A DNA stretch of 64,000 nucleotides from a virus. Taxonomy: Duplodnaviria > Caudoviricetes. The stretch lies in IMG/VR virus record IMGVR_UViG_3300048581_000044, positions 25,138 to 89,137 of that record. One strand, 5' to 3'. The translations under genes and the position numbers were made by a program. Below are positions 1-9,249 of this stretch, in pieces (within the stretch, counting starts at the first letter, position 1; every line of letters begins with the position of its first letter). A model generated the notes under the pieces. That model saw only the letters and a list, made by a program, of their open reading frames with translations, did no database searches and was not told the DNA's origin.

Positions 1-174
1 GCCGTGTTTATCACGGGGTGGAGCAACGTATATAAAGACCAGCACTTTGAACCGTTCTTCTTCAAATTCCAGCAATGTTTGCATGAAGTTGAGACGGTTC
101 AGACAGGCCGCTGCCTGACACGTTCGACTTGCAAGCTCTGCGGGTTTTCGACTGAAGTTGATTCGGGAGATTGA
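1..174 (+). CDS. 3' end of a gene entering from upstream (hypothetical, CxxC near C-terminus)
   Basis: Frame 1 is open from base 1 to TGA at 172-174 (AVFITGWSNVY...TCKLCGFSTEVDSGD*). Confidence 0.4.
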   Translation, partial: AVFITGWSNVYKDQHFEPFFFKFQQCLHEVETVQTGRCLTRSTCKLCGFSTEVDSGD

Positions 175-178
175 TTTA

Positions 179-502
179 ATGCAAACCCGTACTCTCCGCT
201 GGTACGAACGCTGCCAGTTACAGCTTAGTCTCAATTTCCAGCTAGTGCCGTCAAAGGACATGAGCTTAAAGGAATGGGCCTTTTCCCCATACTTCGGGAT
301 AACGAAGCCAAAGCAGCAAATCACTACGCGTTTTCAGCTACCAGAAGGTACAAGCTATTCAGTCGATACGCTTAGTGTCGGGGAAGGGCCTGATAAAAAG
401 TTCTATTCAAATGTCTTTTGGATTCGCGGCGCCGTGCGTGTGCTTGGGCTCGATGTAGGGGCTGGGTTTTTCTGGCGTGTTAAGCAAAGTGTAAAAGTTT
501 AA
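179..502 (+). CDS. hypothetical protein
   Basis: ORF 158..502; GGAG RBS precedes ATG at 179 (MQTRTLRW). Confidence 0.5.
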   Translation: MQTRTLRWYERCQLQLSLNFQLVPSKDMSLKEWAFSPYFGITKPKQQITTRFQLPEGTSYSVDTLSVGEGPDKKFYSNVFWIRGAVRVLGLDVGAGFFWRVKQSVKV

Positions 503-515
503 GGAGAACAAAACC

Positions 516-866
516 ATGCAAGTCAAAATTATAGAAATCCGTGATGAAGCCACCTACATTGCGGCCCTCTGTGTCGATATGAACCCTGATCTAGATGACG
601 ACAGTACGCAACGCTACTACCTCCGCCGCGAAGGCTATCCCTGCAACGGCGAACCCAACATCCTAATCACCCGCCTCTCAGCTGATGGCACGCCAGCCAC
701 CAACGATCCCTATTACTGGCAAGGCCGCACATGGCCTAACGCACACCATTACATTCTCGAACACTGGGCTGAGCTTGAAAACGGCAGCGTTGTTGATGTG
801 TCTTATATTCTTGGTGAGACTGACACGCCTAAGATCAGCGAGCGTTTTACAGCTTCTAGCTTCTAG
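516..866 (+). CDS. hypothetical phage protein
   Basis: 116-aa ORF with AAGGAG RBS, co-oriented with neighbours. Confidence 0.75.
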   Translation: MQVKIIEIRDEATYIAALCVDMNPDLDDDSTQRYYLRREGYPCNGEPNILITRLSADGTPATNDPYYWQGRTWPNAHHYILEHWAELENGSVVDVSYILGETDTPKISERFTASSF

Positions 867-884
867 CTTCTAAGGATTTTCAAA

Positions 885-2066
885 ATGATCGTCTTCAAAA
901 ACCCCGGTCTTATCGACTTAGACGCCGCTTTCACAATGGGTGTCAACGCCAAGCTAACAGACAACGCCTTTGGCTTTTTTGGAACAGGCTTAAACTACAG
1001 CGTTGGTGTGCTTCTTCGCACATGCCACGAGGTTATTATCTATCGCGGTACTGAGCGCTTTACGCTAACAACTAAAACACTTGAATCACGAGGCAAGACT
1101 TTCCAACGTATATATCTGAACGATGCGCCTCTCGGCTTTACGACCGAACTCGGCAAGAAATGGGAACTCTGGCAAGCTTATCGGGAGCTGTACTGCAACT
1201 GCATGGACGAGAACGGGAGCGTCTTTAAAGCCGATAGCTTTGAGCCGCAAGCCGATGAAACTGCCGTCATCGTAATCGGCTCGCTTTTCGAAGACCTCTT
1301 TTCTGAAAGCGCTGAATTCATCCTCGCCACGCAGCCTATCAAAAAGCTCAAAGGCTTAGAAATCCATCCCGGTGCAAGCCGCACGATTTTCTATCGTGGT
1401 ATCGCTGTTGGACGCTTTGCCGAAAACAAAGCCCCCCTCCACACTTATAACATCACCGATTTTCTCAGTCTCACAGAAGACCGCACGGCGAAATACAACT
1501 GGGAAGTCGAGCAGTTTATCGCTAAGGCTCTACATACGGCGGATGACGAAAAGCTGATCGAAGAAACCGTTCACAGTCCCAAAGGCTCGCTTGAACGCAC
1601 CATCGATCATTGCTTCCTTGGCACCACGCCCTCCCCCGTCTTCCTAGCTGTTGTCGAGCGCCTGCAGCGTACACACGCTGACGACATGAACGAGAGCGCT
1701 GTTGTTCACGCTAATGCGTATCGGCCGCTTCCTCCCATTCAATCTTTTGAACTCGGCGCCATGGAGCAGACTCAATTTGCCACAGCCGTGTGCTTTCTTG
1801 TCGATCTTGGCTACAACGTGCAAGATCACCCGATTAAATTTGTCGAATCGCTCGGGACGGGCATTTATGGCACAGCTTCTTGTGGCGAGATCACACTAAC
1901 TCGCCATGCCTTTATCACTGGAACCAGGCAGCTTGCCATCACGCTCTTAGAGGAGCACTTGCACCTAACAACCGGCCTAAGTGACATGACTCGTGCTTTC
2001 CAGGATCGCATCTTGCACGAGCTTGTTATGCTTGGCGAACGGCGTGTTTTGGGACATGCGTTATGA
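885..2066 (+). CDS. GHKL-type ATPase-like protein (permuted motif order) with C-terminal metallopeptidase-like motif
   Basis: IVFKNPG (G1-like), GFFGTGL (G2), WQAYRELYCNCMDE (N-box); C-terminal TLLEEHLH. Confidence 0.7.
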   Translation: MIVFKNPGLIDLDAAFTMGVNAKLTDNAFGFFGTGLNYSVGVLLRTCHEVIIYRGTERFTLTTKTLESRGKTFQRIYLNDAPLGFTTELGKKWELWQAYRELYCNCMDENGSVFKADSFEPQADETAVIVIGSLFEDLFSESAEFILATQPIKKLKGLEIHPGASRTIFYRGIAVGRFAENKAPLHTYNITDFLSLTEDRTAKYNWEVEQFIAKALHTADDEKLIEETVHSPKGSLERTIDHCFLGTTPSPVFLAVVERLQRTHADDMNESAVVHANAYRPLPPIQSFELGAMEQTQFATAVCFLVDLGYNVQDHPIKFVESLGTGIYGTASCGEITLTRHAFITGTRQLAITLLEEHLHLTTGLSDMTRAFQDRILHELVMLGERRVLGHAL

Positions 2067-2251
2067 GACCTTATCTCGGCCCCATTACCCTTAGCGACGG
2101 CCGTCAGGGGCGGCTCATTTGCGACGACGTTAAAGACGCATGGCCTTTATATGCCTTGATCTTAGACAAAAACGGCAAAGAATACGGAATGCCTTTTGAC
2201 GAATTTGGTAGACAAGGCACCGCAGGAATTCATATAAAAAGCTGCGATTAA
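2063..2251 (+). CDS. hypothetical protein
   Basis: ATGA overlap with the upstream stop; 62 aa. Confidence 0.55.
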   Translation: MRPYLGPITLSDGRQGRLICDDVKDAWPLYALILDKNGKEYGMPFDEFGRQGTAGIHIKSCD

Positions 2252-2265
2252 GCCTTATCACCCAC

Positions 2266-2295
2266 TTGACAGCTTTCCATTCCCACTTCTAAGAT
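2266..2295 (+). promoter_or_regulatory. sigma70-like early promoter
   Basis: TTGACA (2266-2271)-N18-TAAGAT (2290-2295) in an intergenic gap. Confidence 0.6.
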
Positions 2296-2581
2296 GAGTC
2301 AAAATCCCATGCCAAAGCTCAAGCTCACAACCGCTGATGTTCAAATCATCAAACGCCGAATCTGGAACGGGGAAACCCGTGAGGCGCTTGCGAAGGAATT
2401 TAGCATTTCGGTTAGCGAGCTTTGCAGCATTGGAGCAGGGTTTAGGTGGAAAACCGTAGCATGGCCGGATGGCTCAGATGGAGCCCTCCCGGACGCGCGT
2501 AAAGCAAAGATAGCAAGCGCGAGATTGCGCTTGAAGGCTAAGTATAAGAAGCATATGCAACAGGAATTGCACGTGCGTTAA
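2294..2581 (+). CDS. helix-turn-helix DNA-binding protein (true start may be ATG 2309)
   Basis: LTTADVQIIK...GETREALAKEFSIS...I..G..W pattern typical of small phage HTH proteins. Confidence 0.65.
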   Translation: MSQNPMPKLKLTTADVQIIKRRIWNGETREALAKEFSISVSELCSIGAGFRWKTVAWPDGSDGALPDARKAKIASARLRLKAKYKKHMQQELHVR

Positions 2582-2610
2582 AAGCTAACCGTTTGAGGAG
2601 ACCATTTCAA

Positions 2611-3225
2611 ATGTCCGAATCCTTTCGCCTAACTCGTGAAATGCGTGTGACTCTCACAGAACGAATCCTTGCTCATCGTTTTAAAGAGCGTGAAGACGCT
2701 CTAAAATACCGTTTCGCTACACTCGCAATTGCCTGCTACAAAAAGCAGTACAACGCCAAGCAGATCGCACTTATGGAATCCCTTCCAGAAGGCTGGCTTC
2801 ATACCAATACAGGTCTCAACGTCGCTTTTGGCGAAGCCAGTGATGGCTATGCGTTCTTAAGCTTTTCGCCTGCTTCCCCTGGTGCCTACATGTCACGCGA
2901 CAACGGCCATACAGAATTCCGCTTCCCACGCTGTGACAAAGGCCAGTGTCGTCTTAAACTTCCCGACAACCACGCTCTTTCGACAACGTATTTTAAGCTA
3001 CACAGCCAATGGGAAGAGCTTAAGAAGGAAAGGTCAGCCCTTTACAACGAAGTCCGCGGTACGCTCGGCTCTTTCTCTGCCACAAGCACGCTGTTAGACA
3101 AATGGCCTGAAGTTGCTCCCTTCCTTAAGGGCCTCGCGCCAGTTGTCTCGAAAAACCTCCCTGCTATTGTCGTCAAAGACCTTAACAAGCGGCTTGGCTT
3201 AACGACTGTAGTCGCTACGGCCTGA
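2611..3225 (+). CDS. Nmad5-like (nucleotide-modification-associated domain 5) protein
   Basis: N-terminal RLTREMR..., C-terminal SATSTLLDKWPEV...LPA pattern; GAGGAG RBS before ATG 2611. Confidence 0.6.
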   Translation: MSESFRLTREMRVTLTERILAHRFKEREDALKYRFATLAIACYKKQYNAKQIALMESLPEGWLHTNTGLNVAFGEASDGYAFLSFSPASPGAYMSRDNGHTEFRFPRCDKGQCRLKLPDNHALSTTYFKLHSQWEELKKERSALYNEVRGTLGSFSATSTLLDKWPEVAPFLKGLAPVVSKNLPAIVVKDLNKRLGLTTVVATA

Positions 3226-3282
3226 TCCTTCTTCCCTGTACAACGCCTCTAACCCTAACCCCCTCTTCTGGAGTCCCACTCA

Positions 3283-3783
3283 ATGCCCAAAACCCTCGTC
3301 CACGTCCGCCGGTCCAAAGCCGACAAAAACCCCGTCTCTGTCTCCTTCGATTTTGGAGATTCCTTGGCTGAATCCTCTGCCAAATTCGACGGCGCGCTGG
3401 CTATCGAAAAGGTCGTTCATGGTCTTTTTCTCACTGCCGCCAAGCAGCAGCTTCGCGATTTTGTTTTCAACCTCCTCGTCCCGGCCGCTCCCAAGCCGCG
3501 TAAAGTTCGTAAGCTGAAGAAGGGCGAGCTTCCCCCGCCTGTCCACGAAGCTCCCAAGCCCCTCACACCGGCTGAGATTCAGGAACGTGTCAACGCCTGG
3601 AAGCCCACGATTCAACGTCGTAGCAAGGCCACAGTGAACAAGGTGGCAAAGCTGGTTGGGAAGCTGTCTGAAGAAGAGAAGGCGGCTTTCTTGGCGCAGC
3701 TTGGTATCACGAATGAGGCTGAGTCTGCCGATGAAGCTGAACAGCACAAGCCTATTGGTGAAAGCCAGTACGACACTGAATAG
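3283..3783 (+). CDS. hypothetical protein, Lys/Pro-rich middle and acidic tail
   Basis: 166-aa ORF with GGAG RBS. Confidence 0.7.
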   Translation: MPKTLVHVRRSKADKNPVSVSFDFGDSLAESSAKFDGALAIEKVVHGLFLTAAKQQLRDFVFNLLVPAAPKPRKVRKLKKGELPPPVHEAPKPLTPAEIQERVNAWKPTIQRRSKATVNKVAKLVGKLSEEEKAAFLAQLGITNEAESADEAEQHKPIGESQYDTE

Positions 3784-3883
3784 CATTTCACGAAATTGCG
3801 GCGTGAATTAATACGTCGAAGTTTGAGGCTCCTGTTTCATAGCTCCGCCCCCACCTAGCTATGAGGCGCATGTTTCATAACTT

Positions 3884-3912
3884 GGGGCGGTCTCCGCCCC
3901 CAATCATTTTTT
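3884..3912 (+). terminator. intrinsic terminator
   Basis: GGGGCGG-TCT-CCGCCCC hairpin followed by TCATTTTTT. Confidence 0.55.
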
Positions 3913-3944
3913 CACCCATTCCTTTTCAAAGGCGCTTCCTACCC

Positions 3945-4514
3945 ATGTCTCAAACCACCACCTGTGTCCTCTCCTATCCGACCGAGCGCCTTGTTCTCTT
4001 TATCGACGGGTTTTATCTCTACAGCGCTGCGAAATCCCTTCGCCTCGATATCGATTACCGCGCTCTCCTCACCACATTCGCCCGTATCGGCCAGCTTATC
4101 CACGCCCAAAGCTATCACGCTGTTCTCGATACCCAGGACGATGAAGAAAACCCTCTCCGCCCTCTGCTCGACTGGCTTGCCTTCAATGGCTTTATCGTCA
4201 AGACGAAGCTGCGTAGGGATTTCACCGACAACACAGGTGCCTTTCGTACCAAAGCCAACGTCAGCGTTGAGATCGCTTGTGACATGCTTCAGGCAGCAGC
4301 TTACGCGGATCACCTCGTGCTATTTTCTGGCGAGAACGACCTTATCTATGCGGTCGAGGCGGTTCAAAAGCTAGGAAAGCGCGTGACGGTTGTAGCGAGT
4401 ACAACGGCGCAAAACGCGCTCGTGGCGTTGGATTTAAGGAAGCAAGCCGATTGCTTCATGGAGCTTGAAGATTTGAGAAGCAAGATTGGGAAGACTGCTA
4501 ACGGGAAGGTTTAA
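3945..4514 (+). CDS. NYN (LabA/DUF88, PIN-like) domain protein of alphaproteobacterial type with altered catalytic residues
   Basis: YPTERLVLFIDG, IDY..LL, RPLLDWL..NGF, VEIACDM, LFSGEND, QKLGKRVTVV, LRKQADCF. Confidence 0.85.
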   Translation: MSQTTTCVLSYPTERLVLFIDGFYLYSAAKSLRLDIDYRALLTTFARIGQLIHAQSYHAVLDTQDDEENPLRPLLDWLAFNGFIVKTKLRRDFTDNTGAFRTKANVSVEIACDMLQAAAYADHLVLFSGENDLIYAVEAVQKLGKRVTVVASTTAQNALVALDLRKQADCFMELEDLRSKIGKTANGKV

Positions 4515-4529
4515 GAGGAACAAGCTGTT

Positions 4530-4718
4530 ATGAAAATCGCAATAGGTCCGAAAGGTCATCAAACAATGATCCGCGTTCTGTTTCACTACTGTGGCTCCGG
4601 AAAACGCTGGGGGCGTAGCAAGTTCGCAAATGGGTACAGCCTTAGGCTTGGTTTATTCCATATGAGGATATGGTGGCCTCGTGGAAACGATCTCGGCAGC
4701 GACTACGCCCCAACCTGA
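4530..4718 (+). CDS. hypothetical protein
   Basis: 62-aa ORF with GAGG RBS. Confidence 0.4.
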   Translation: MKIAIGPKGHQTMIRVLFHYCGSGKRWGRSKFANGYSLRLGLFHMRIWWPRGNDLGSDYAPT

Positions 4719-4728
4719 GGAACATCTG

Positions 4729-5037
4729 ATGGACTGGGGTAGGTGTAAAAACTGTGGCGGCTATGGTTATCTTCCACACCGTTGCGTCGAGTTTGAAGTC
4801 TGTTGCGAAGGCGAGGACACCTGGGACACGCAATACGGTGTTGATTATGAAGATGCGCTTGAACGTTGGGCCGAACAAGATGACTGTCAAGGTGATTACA
4901 CGATCATCAAAGCTGGAGAGTGCGGTGATCTTCACGTGTTAATCCGTAATGCGGCACATCCTGAAGAAGTGAAAAGGTATCACGTCATTGGTGAGACTGT
5001 GCCGCAATATCATGCTTATGCAGCAGAAAAAGTTTGA
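4729..5037 (+). CDS. hypothetical protein with N-terminal CxxCxGxG motif
   Basis: GAGG RBS before ATG 4729 (MDWGRCKNCGGYG). Confidence 0.55.
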   Translation: MDWGRCKNCGGYGYLPHRCVEFEVCCEGEDTWDTQYGVDYEDALERWAEQDDCQGDYTIIKAGECGDLHVLIRNAAHPEEVKRYHVIGETVPQYHAYAAEKV

Positions 5038-5049
5038 GGAGTCCTTGTT

Positions 5050-6111
5050 ATGCCTGACGAAGCAACCGCTTTGATTCCCCTTCGCCTTTACGATAATTCC
5101 CGTTTAAGCGACTATAAGAAGTGTCCAAGATACTTTTTATTGCGTCATTGCTACAACTGGACTCCCACACGCAAACGCCTTCCCCTGATCTTCGGCTCAA
5201 GCTGGCACGCCGCGATGGATGTCATCTGGCGCAACTACGCCGCTCCCAAACAGCAATTCGAGCGTGTGATCGCTGAAGCCTATGCTGCCTTTATAGCAAC
5301 ATGGCAAGAAAACGGGATGCCGCATCCTGACGAGCTTTCGCCTGATGAGATCGATGAATACACGCCGAGAATTCCTCAGATCGCGGAGGAAATGCTTTAT
5401 AACTACATCGAGGCTCGGCAATATATCTTCAAAGACCCGACGTTCAAGCTGATCGATGTCGAACAGCCATTTGCTGTGCCACTTGATCCTGACAATGAAT
5501 CGTTATGGTATGTCGGACGGCTTGATAAGGTTTTTGAACTGCGGAATAAGGTCCTTTTTGGCGAACATAAGACGACAACTTCTTACCGCAAGAGTCCCAC
5601 TGTTCCATTCCGTTCCGAATATCTCGACTCATTCAGCCTTTCTAGCCAAATTGACGGCTATCTCTACAAGCAGCTTATGGAATACGGCGACAAGGCCGGA
5701 GGCGTCTACGTTGATGCCGCTTTGGTTCACAAAACCGTTCATGACGGCTTTACGATCATCCCAATCGATAAGAAATTCGCTCAGATCGAAGCTTGGCTTT
5801 GGACGGCGCATCAGTGGATTGCTGATATTGAACGCAATAAAGCCGTGCTGATCGAACGAAGCGCGCTTGATCTTAATTATCTAGCAGCGTTCCCGCAAAA
5901 CACGGGAAGCTGTGGAAATTTTGCAGGCTGCGACTTTGCAGACATCTGCCGCGGCGTGGCGAATCCAGCTAAGCTTGAAGAGGTTCCTATGGGATTCAAA
6001 ATTGAACACTGGAGTCCTTTTGACGCCATGAAGCTTGAAGCAATTGGCTTCACACCGGATCGCGCGGGTGAGCCACCAAGGCTTAAAGAGCATTTGATTT
6101 CGGAAGGTTGA
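5050..6111 (+). CDS. Cas4-like/RecB-family PD-(D/E)XK exonuclease
   Basis: CPRY near the N-terminus, GRLD...GEHKTT nuclease motif, C-terminal C..FAGCDFADIC (Fe-S cysteines). Confidence 0.85.
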   Translation: MPDEATALIPLRLYDNSRLSDYKKCPRYFLLRHCYNWTPTRKRLPLIFGSSWHAAMDVIWRNYAAPKQQFERVIAEAYAAFIATWQENGMPHPDELSPDEIDEYTPRIPQIAEEMLYNYIEARQYIFKDPTFKLIDVEQPFAVPLDPDNESLWYVGRLDKVFELRNKVLFGEHKTTTSYRKSPTVPFRSEYLDSFSLSSQIDGYLYKQLMEYGDKAGGVYVDAALVHKTVHDGFTIIPIDKKFAQIEAWLWTAHQWIADIERNKAVLIERSALDLNYLAAFPQNTGSCGNFAGCDFADICRGVANPAKLEEVPMGFKIEHWSPFDAMKLEAIGFTPDRAGEPPRLKEHLISEG

Positions 6112-6133
6112 ATTTTTACACAAGGCAAAAGCT

Positions 6134-6352
6134 ATGGACATTTCGCAGTGCAGGCCCGGTGTTGTCTGCCGTCATCATTCTGGGCGCGTCTACACGATCT
6201 TAGGCGTAGCAAATACAAAAAGCCTAGACTTTTCAAAATTCCCCACGATTGTTTATTATCGTGGAGCAAACGGTGAGGAATGGGCACGCCTGTTAAAGGA
6301 TTTTGCTCCAAACTTTTCCGTTTTGTTTGATGGCGCAACTTTAGCTGATTGA
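6134..6352 (+). CDS. DUF1653-like small protein
   Basis: RHHSGRVY...A...IVYY....WAR....F pattern. Confidence 0.6.
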   Translation: MDISQCRPGVVCRHHSGRVYTILGVANTKSLDFSKFPTIVYYRGANGEEWARLLKDFAPNFSVLFDGATLAD

Positions 6353-6364
6353 GGAAAGCCTCTC

Positions 6365-6748
6365 ATGTCTTCCAACGACACCATCCAGCAGCTTATCAGC
6401 TCCGTCATAGCGACCAAATCCCTCCCGCCCGACCCTCACCCCGAAGACCCTCGCATGGTCTCGGCTGGGGCCTTTATCAAACCCGATCTCCCGCACGACT
6501 ATCTTGTCACAATCCGCTTAACGCCTAATGAATCTCCCGTCGAGACTCCTTTCACCGACCGCCATCTAGCACTCCAGCTCTACATGGCCGCACGAATGCG
6601 CTTTAACGATTTCTCGCAAGAGCCTGAGAACTTCCTTGTACGGATTTTCTGCGACGGCGAGGAGTTTTTCAATAACAAGGACCATTCGGCAAGAGGGGCG
6701 ATTATAGGATCAGGCACGCCGATAAAGTCAGACAGGCGACTGCCATGA
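6365..6748 (+). CDS. hypothetical protein
   Basis: 127-aa ORF with GAGG RBS. Confidence 0.6.
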   Translation: MSSNDTIQQLISSVIATKSLPPDPHPEDPRMVSAGAFIKPDLPHDYLVTIRLTPNESPVETPFTDRHLALQLYMAARMRFNDFSQEPENFLVRIFCDGEEFFNNKDHSARGAIIGSGTPIKSDRRLP

Positions 6749-6836
6749 GGCGTGATTGGGAACTGTGGGTAGCGGGTGGTTATTTAATAGCTTTGGTGAT
6801 TGCTTGCCTGATCGTTGTGCTTCATGTGAGGTTCCG

Positions 6837-7193
6837 ATGAACGCCTTTCAAACTGCTGTAGACGCCTGGATGGCAGAAATCCTCGGCCCAGAAATCTCTG
6901 CCGACAAAACCGAACGTGTTTACCGTTTTCTTGAAGAAGCTTTAGAGCTTGTTCAAGCGCTCGGCTGTTCAAAATCCGACGTTCTTAAGCTTATCGATTA
7001 CACTTATAACCGCCCAGAGGGTGAACCTGCGCAAGAAGTCGGCGGGGTTATGATGACTCTTGCTGCGTTGTGTTCAGCACACGGGATCAAGCTTGATAAA
7101 GCTGCCTGGGATGAGCGACATAGATGTTGGGAGCAGCGTAAAAGAATTCGAGCTAAGCAGTTAAGCAAGCCAAAAGGCTCTCCACTTCCGTAA
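6837..7193 (+). CDS. MazG-like nucleotide pyrophosphohydrolase-fold protein
   Basis: RFLEEALELVQA...GEPAQEVGGVMMTL; GAGGT RBS before ATG 6837. Confidence 0.65.
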   Translation: MNAFQTAVDAWMAEILGPEISADKTERVYRFLEEALELVQALGCSKSDVLKLIDYTYNRPEGEPAQEVGGVMMTLAALCSAHGIKLDKAAWDERHRCWEQRKRIRAKQLSKPKGSPLP

Positions 7194-7205
7194 GCTGTTG
7201 CGAGC

Positions 7206-7364
7206 TTGGCGCAGAAGCCAGCTAACCATCTTGAAGCTTTCGCTGCGGCATTTTGCAAAAGCACCGCGCTTGATCCACGTGATTGTGCGTTGGTACAGCA
7301 GACGGATGGAAACCTCATACGTTGGCGGTTTGAGCCTAAAGAGCGCAGGTCTTCAGTAAGCTAA
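7206..7364 (+). CDS. possible small protein (TTG start)
   Basis: 52-codon open frame LAQKPANHLEAFAAAFCKS...RWRFEPKERRSSVS* fills the gap; no clear RBS. Confidence 0.3.
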   Translation: MAQKPANHLEAFAAAFCKSTALDPRDCALVQQTDGNLIRWRFEPKERRSSVS

Positions 7365-7376
7365 GGAGTTCATCTA

Positions 7377-7652
7377 ATGGAATGGCGCCGTTACGATTAC
7401 AAAGACAAAGCAACTTGGCCGACTGAATCAGGCGCCTATCGTGTAATGGTAAGCGGCAATTCAGAAAGCTGCGACGGCTACACAGTTTTTGAATACCCTG
7501 ACTATCCAACATGGGCCGATGTCTTTGAAGATGAAGATGACGACGGCAAGCCTTGTCTTCGATTCAACCAAGGCCCCTATGCTGAAGAGCCCGAGACTTT
7601 CTTTGCTTATTGCGGACCGTTTGCAATACCACCGCTGCCTGAAAATCTTTAA
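7377..7652 (+). CDS. hypothetical protein
   Basis: AAGGAG RBS; acidic 91 aa. Confidence 0.65.
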   Translation: MEWRRYDYKDKATWPTESGAYRVMVSGNSESCDGYTVFEYPDYPTWADVFEDEDDDGKPCLRFNQGPYAEEPETFFAYCGPFAIPPLPENL

Positions 7653-7663
7653 GGATCGATTTT

Positions 7664-8878
7664 ATGGACATTATGCTTTCAGCCGAACAATCCCTCGCGC
7701 TAGACGCAATTGGCGAATGGCTGCAAAACCGTAGCAAGCCTTTCTTTATTCTTCACGGGCCCGCCGGGACCGGCAAAACCACGGTTGGAAAGTACATCGC
7801 GGCACTCCATAACGGCCCTACATATCATATGGCATTTACTGGCAAAGCCGTACAGGTCATGTGTTCCAAGGGCATGAACGCTAAAACCATCCATGGCTCT
7901 ATTTATCTCCCAACAGCCGAGCGTCAAGAAGAAGCGCAAGGGCTTGAAACCGAACTTGCCCAACTTGCGGCAAAGGAATCCAGAACCCAAGCCGACGAAA
8001 AGCGTGAACACAAAATCCGCAAGCGCTTAGAAGAGCTTTATCAGCCCGATTTCGTCCTCCGCCCCGTCTCTCCCTTTGAACGTAACGGCCTTATCATCTG
8101 TGATGAGGTCTCTATGGTCTCGGCGCGTGAAGCTAACGATCTTCTCTCTTTCGGCCTTCCTGTCCTCGTTCTTGGCGATCCTGGCCAGCTTCCCCCAATC
8201 GAAGGCCAAGGGTTTTTCAACCGCAATCCCGACTTCTTCTTGCGCGAAATCCATCGCCAAGCTCTTGAATCCCCAATCATCCGCCTCGCCATGCTTGCGC
8301 GTGAAGGCAAGCCTTTGCCTTTTGGGAAATATGGCGAGTCCTCTGTTATCCACGCCCGAGACATCACGAAGGAAGTTGCGCTTAGGGCGACTCAAATCAT
8401 CACAGGATCGAACAAGGCGCGAATCAACTTCAACAATGAAATCCGCCAGCTCCGCGGCTTCTCTAGCCGTTACCCGCTCGAAGGTGAGCAAGTGATGTGC
8501 CTTCGTAATAACAAGGCTATCGGTATCTTCAACGGCCAGACGTTCGATGTTAAGGCCGATACAGTTGACGATGATTCAAACCCTGATCTTTATATCAGGC
8601 TCTCGTTAGAGTCCGAAGGATTCCTCGACCCTAGCGTCAAAGTCCATCGCGAGTGCTTTCATGACATCGATAAGCTCAAGTCATGGCCTTACAAGCGGCG
8701 GTCTTATGCTAATGAGTTCACATTTTCATATGCATGTACCGTGCATAAATTCCAAGGCTCGCAAACGCCTCGTGTGTTGCTTTATCCTGATTTGTTTAAG
8801 TGGGATCGGGAGAAATACGCACAACTCACGTACACAGGAATAACCAGAGCGGTTGATTCAGTGGACATCGCGCTATGA
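7664..8878 (+). CDS. RecD/Dda-like superfamily 1B DNA helicase
   Basis: GPAGTGKTT Walker A, ICDEVSMV Walker B, GDPGQLPP, EIHRQA, TVHKFQGS, YTGITRA. Confidence 0.92.
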   Translation: MDIMLSAEQSLALDAIGEWLQNRSKPFFILHGPAGTGKTTVGKYIAALHNGPTYHMAFTGKAVQVMCSKGMNAKTIHGSIYLPTAERQEEAQGLETELAQLAAKESRTQADEKREHKIRKRLEELYQPDFVLRPVSPFERNGLIICDEVSMVSAREANDLLSFGLPVLVLGDPGQLPPIEGQGFFNRNPDFFLREIHRQALESPIIRLAMLAREGKPLPFGKYGESSVIHARDITKEVALRATQIITGSNKARINFNNEIRQLRGFSSRYPLEGEQVMCLRNNKAIGIFNGQTFDVKADTVDDDSNPDLYIRLSLESEGFLDPSVKVHRECFHDIDKLKSWPYKRRSYANEFTFSYACTVHKFQGSQTPRVLLYPDLFKWDREKYAQLTYTGITRAVDSVDIAL

Positions 8879-9249
8879 CACAGAGCCCCCGACCTTCTTA
8901 CGTAAAAAAGCGTCTCGTAGTTCTTGAATCACCTTATGCTGGTGACATCGAACGCAACACTGCCTACGCGCGTGCCTGTGTGAACGACTGCGTTCATCGC
9001 GGTGAAGCTGTCCAGGTGTCACATCTTTTATACACTTTGCCCGGAATTCTAAACGACAACTCCCCAGAAGAACGCCAGCTTGGCATGGAATGCGGCTGGG
9101 CTTGGATGCGTGTCGCTGAAGCTGTTGTCGTCTATAGCGACTTTGGGATCAGTCCCGGCATGGCTTTAGGGATAACACACGCCCTAAGCCTTGGCCTGCT
9201 TATCGAATATCGAGTCCTCTCTGACAAGCTTTGGGCACCATTCAAATGA
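8875..9249 (+). CDS. nucleoside 2-deoxyribosyltransferase-like fold phage protein
   Basis: VVLESPYAGD..RN..YAR....SHLLY...ER..GM..G..W...AEAVVVY...GIS.GM pattern. Confidence 0.6.
   Translation: MTQSPRPSYVKKRLVVLESPYAGDIERNTAYARACVNDCVHRGEAVQVSHLLYTLPGILNDNSPEERQLGMECGWAWMRVAEAVVVYSDFGISPGMALGITHALSLGLLIEYRVLSDKLWAPFK

Noticed and set aside
3280-3786. 168-aa - strand ORF mirroring 3283-3783
   Set aside because: Exact antisense shadow; the + strand gene has the RBS and the operon context.
5050-6111. CRISPR-Cas adaptation locus suggested by the Cas4-like gene
   Set aside because: No cas1/cas2 and no repeat-spacer array seen. Solo Cas4-like nucleases beside an AAA ATPase and SSB are ordinary phage recombination modules.
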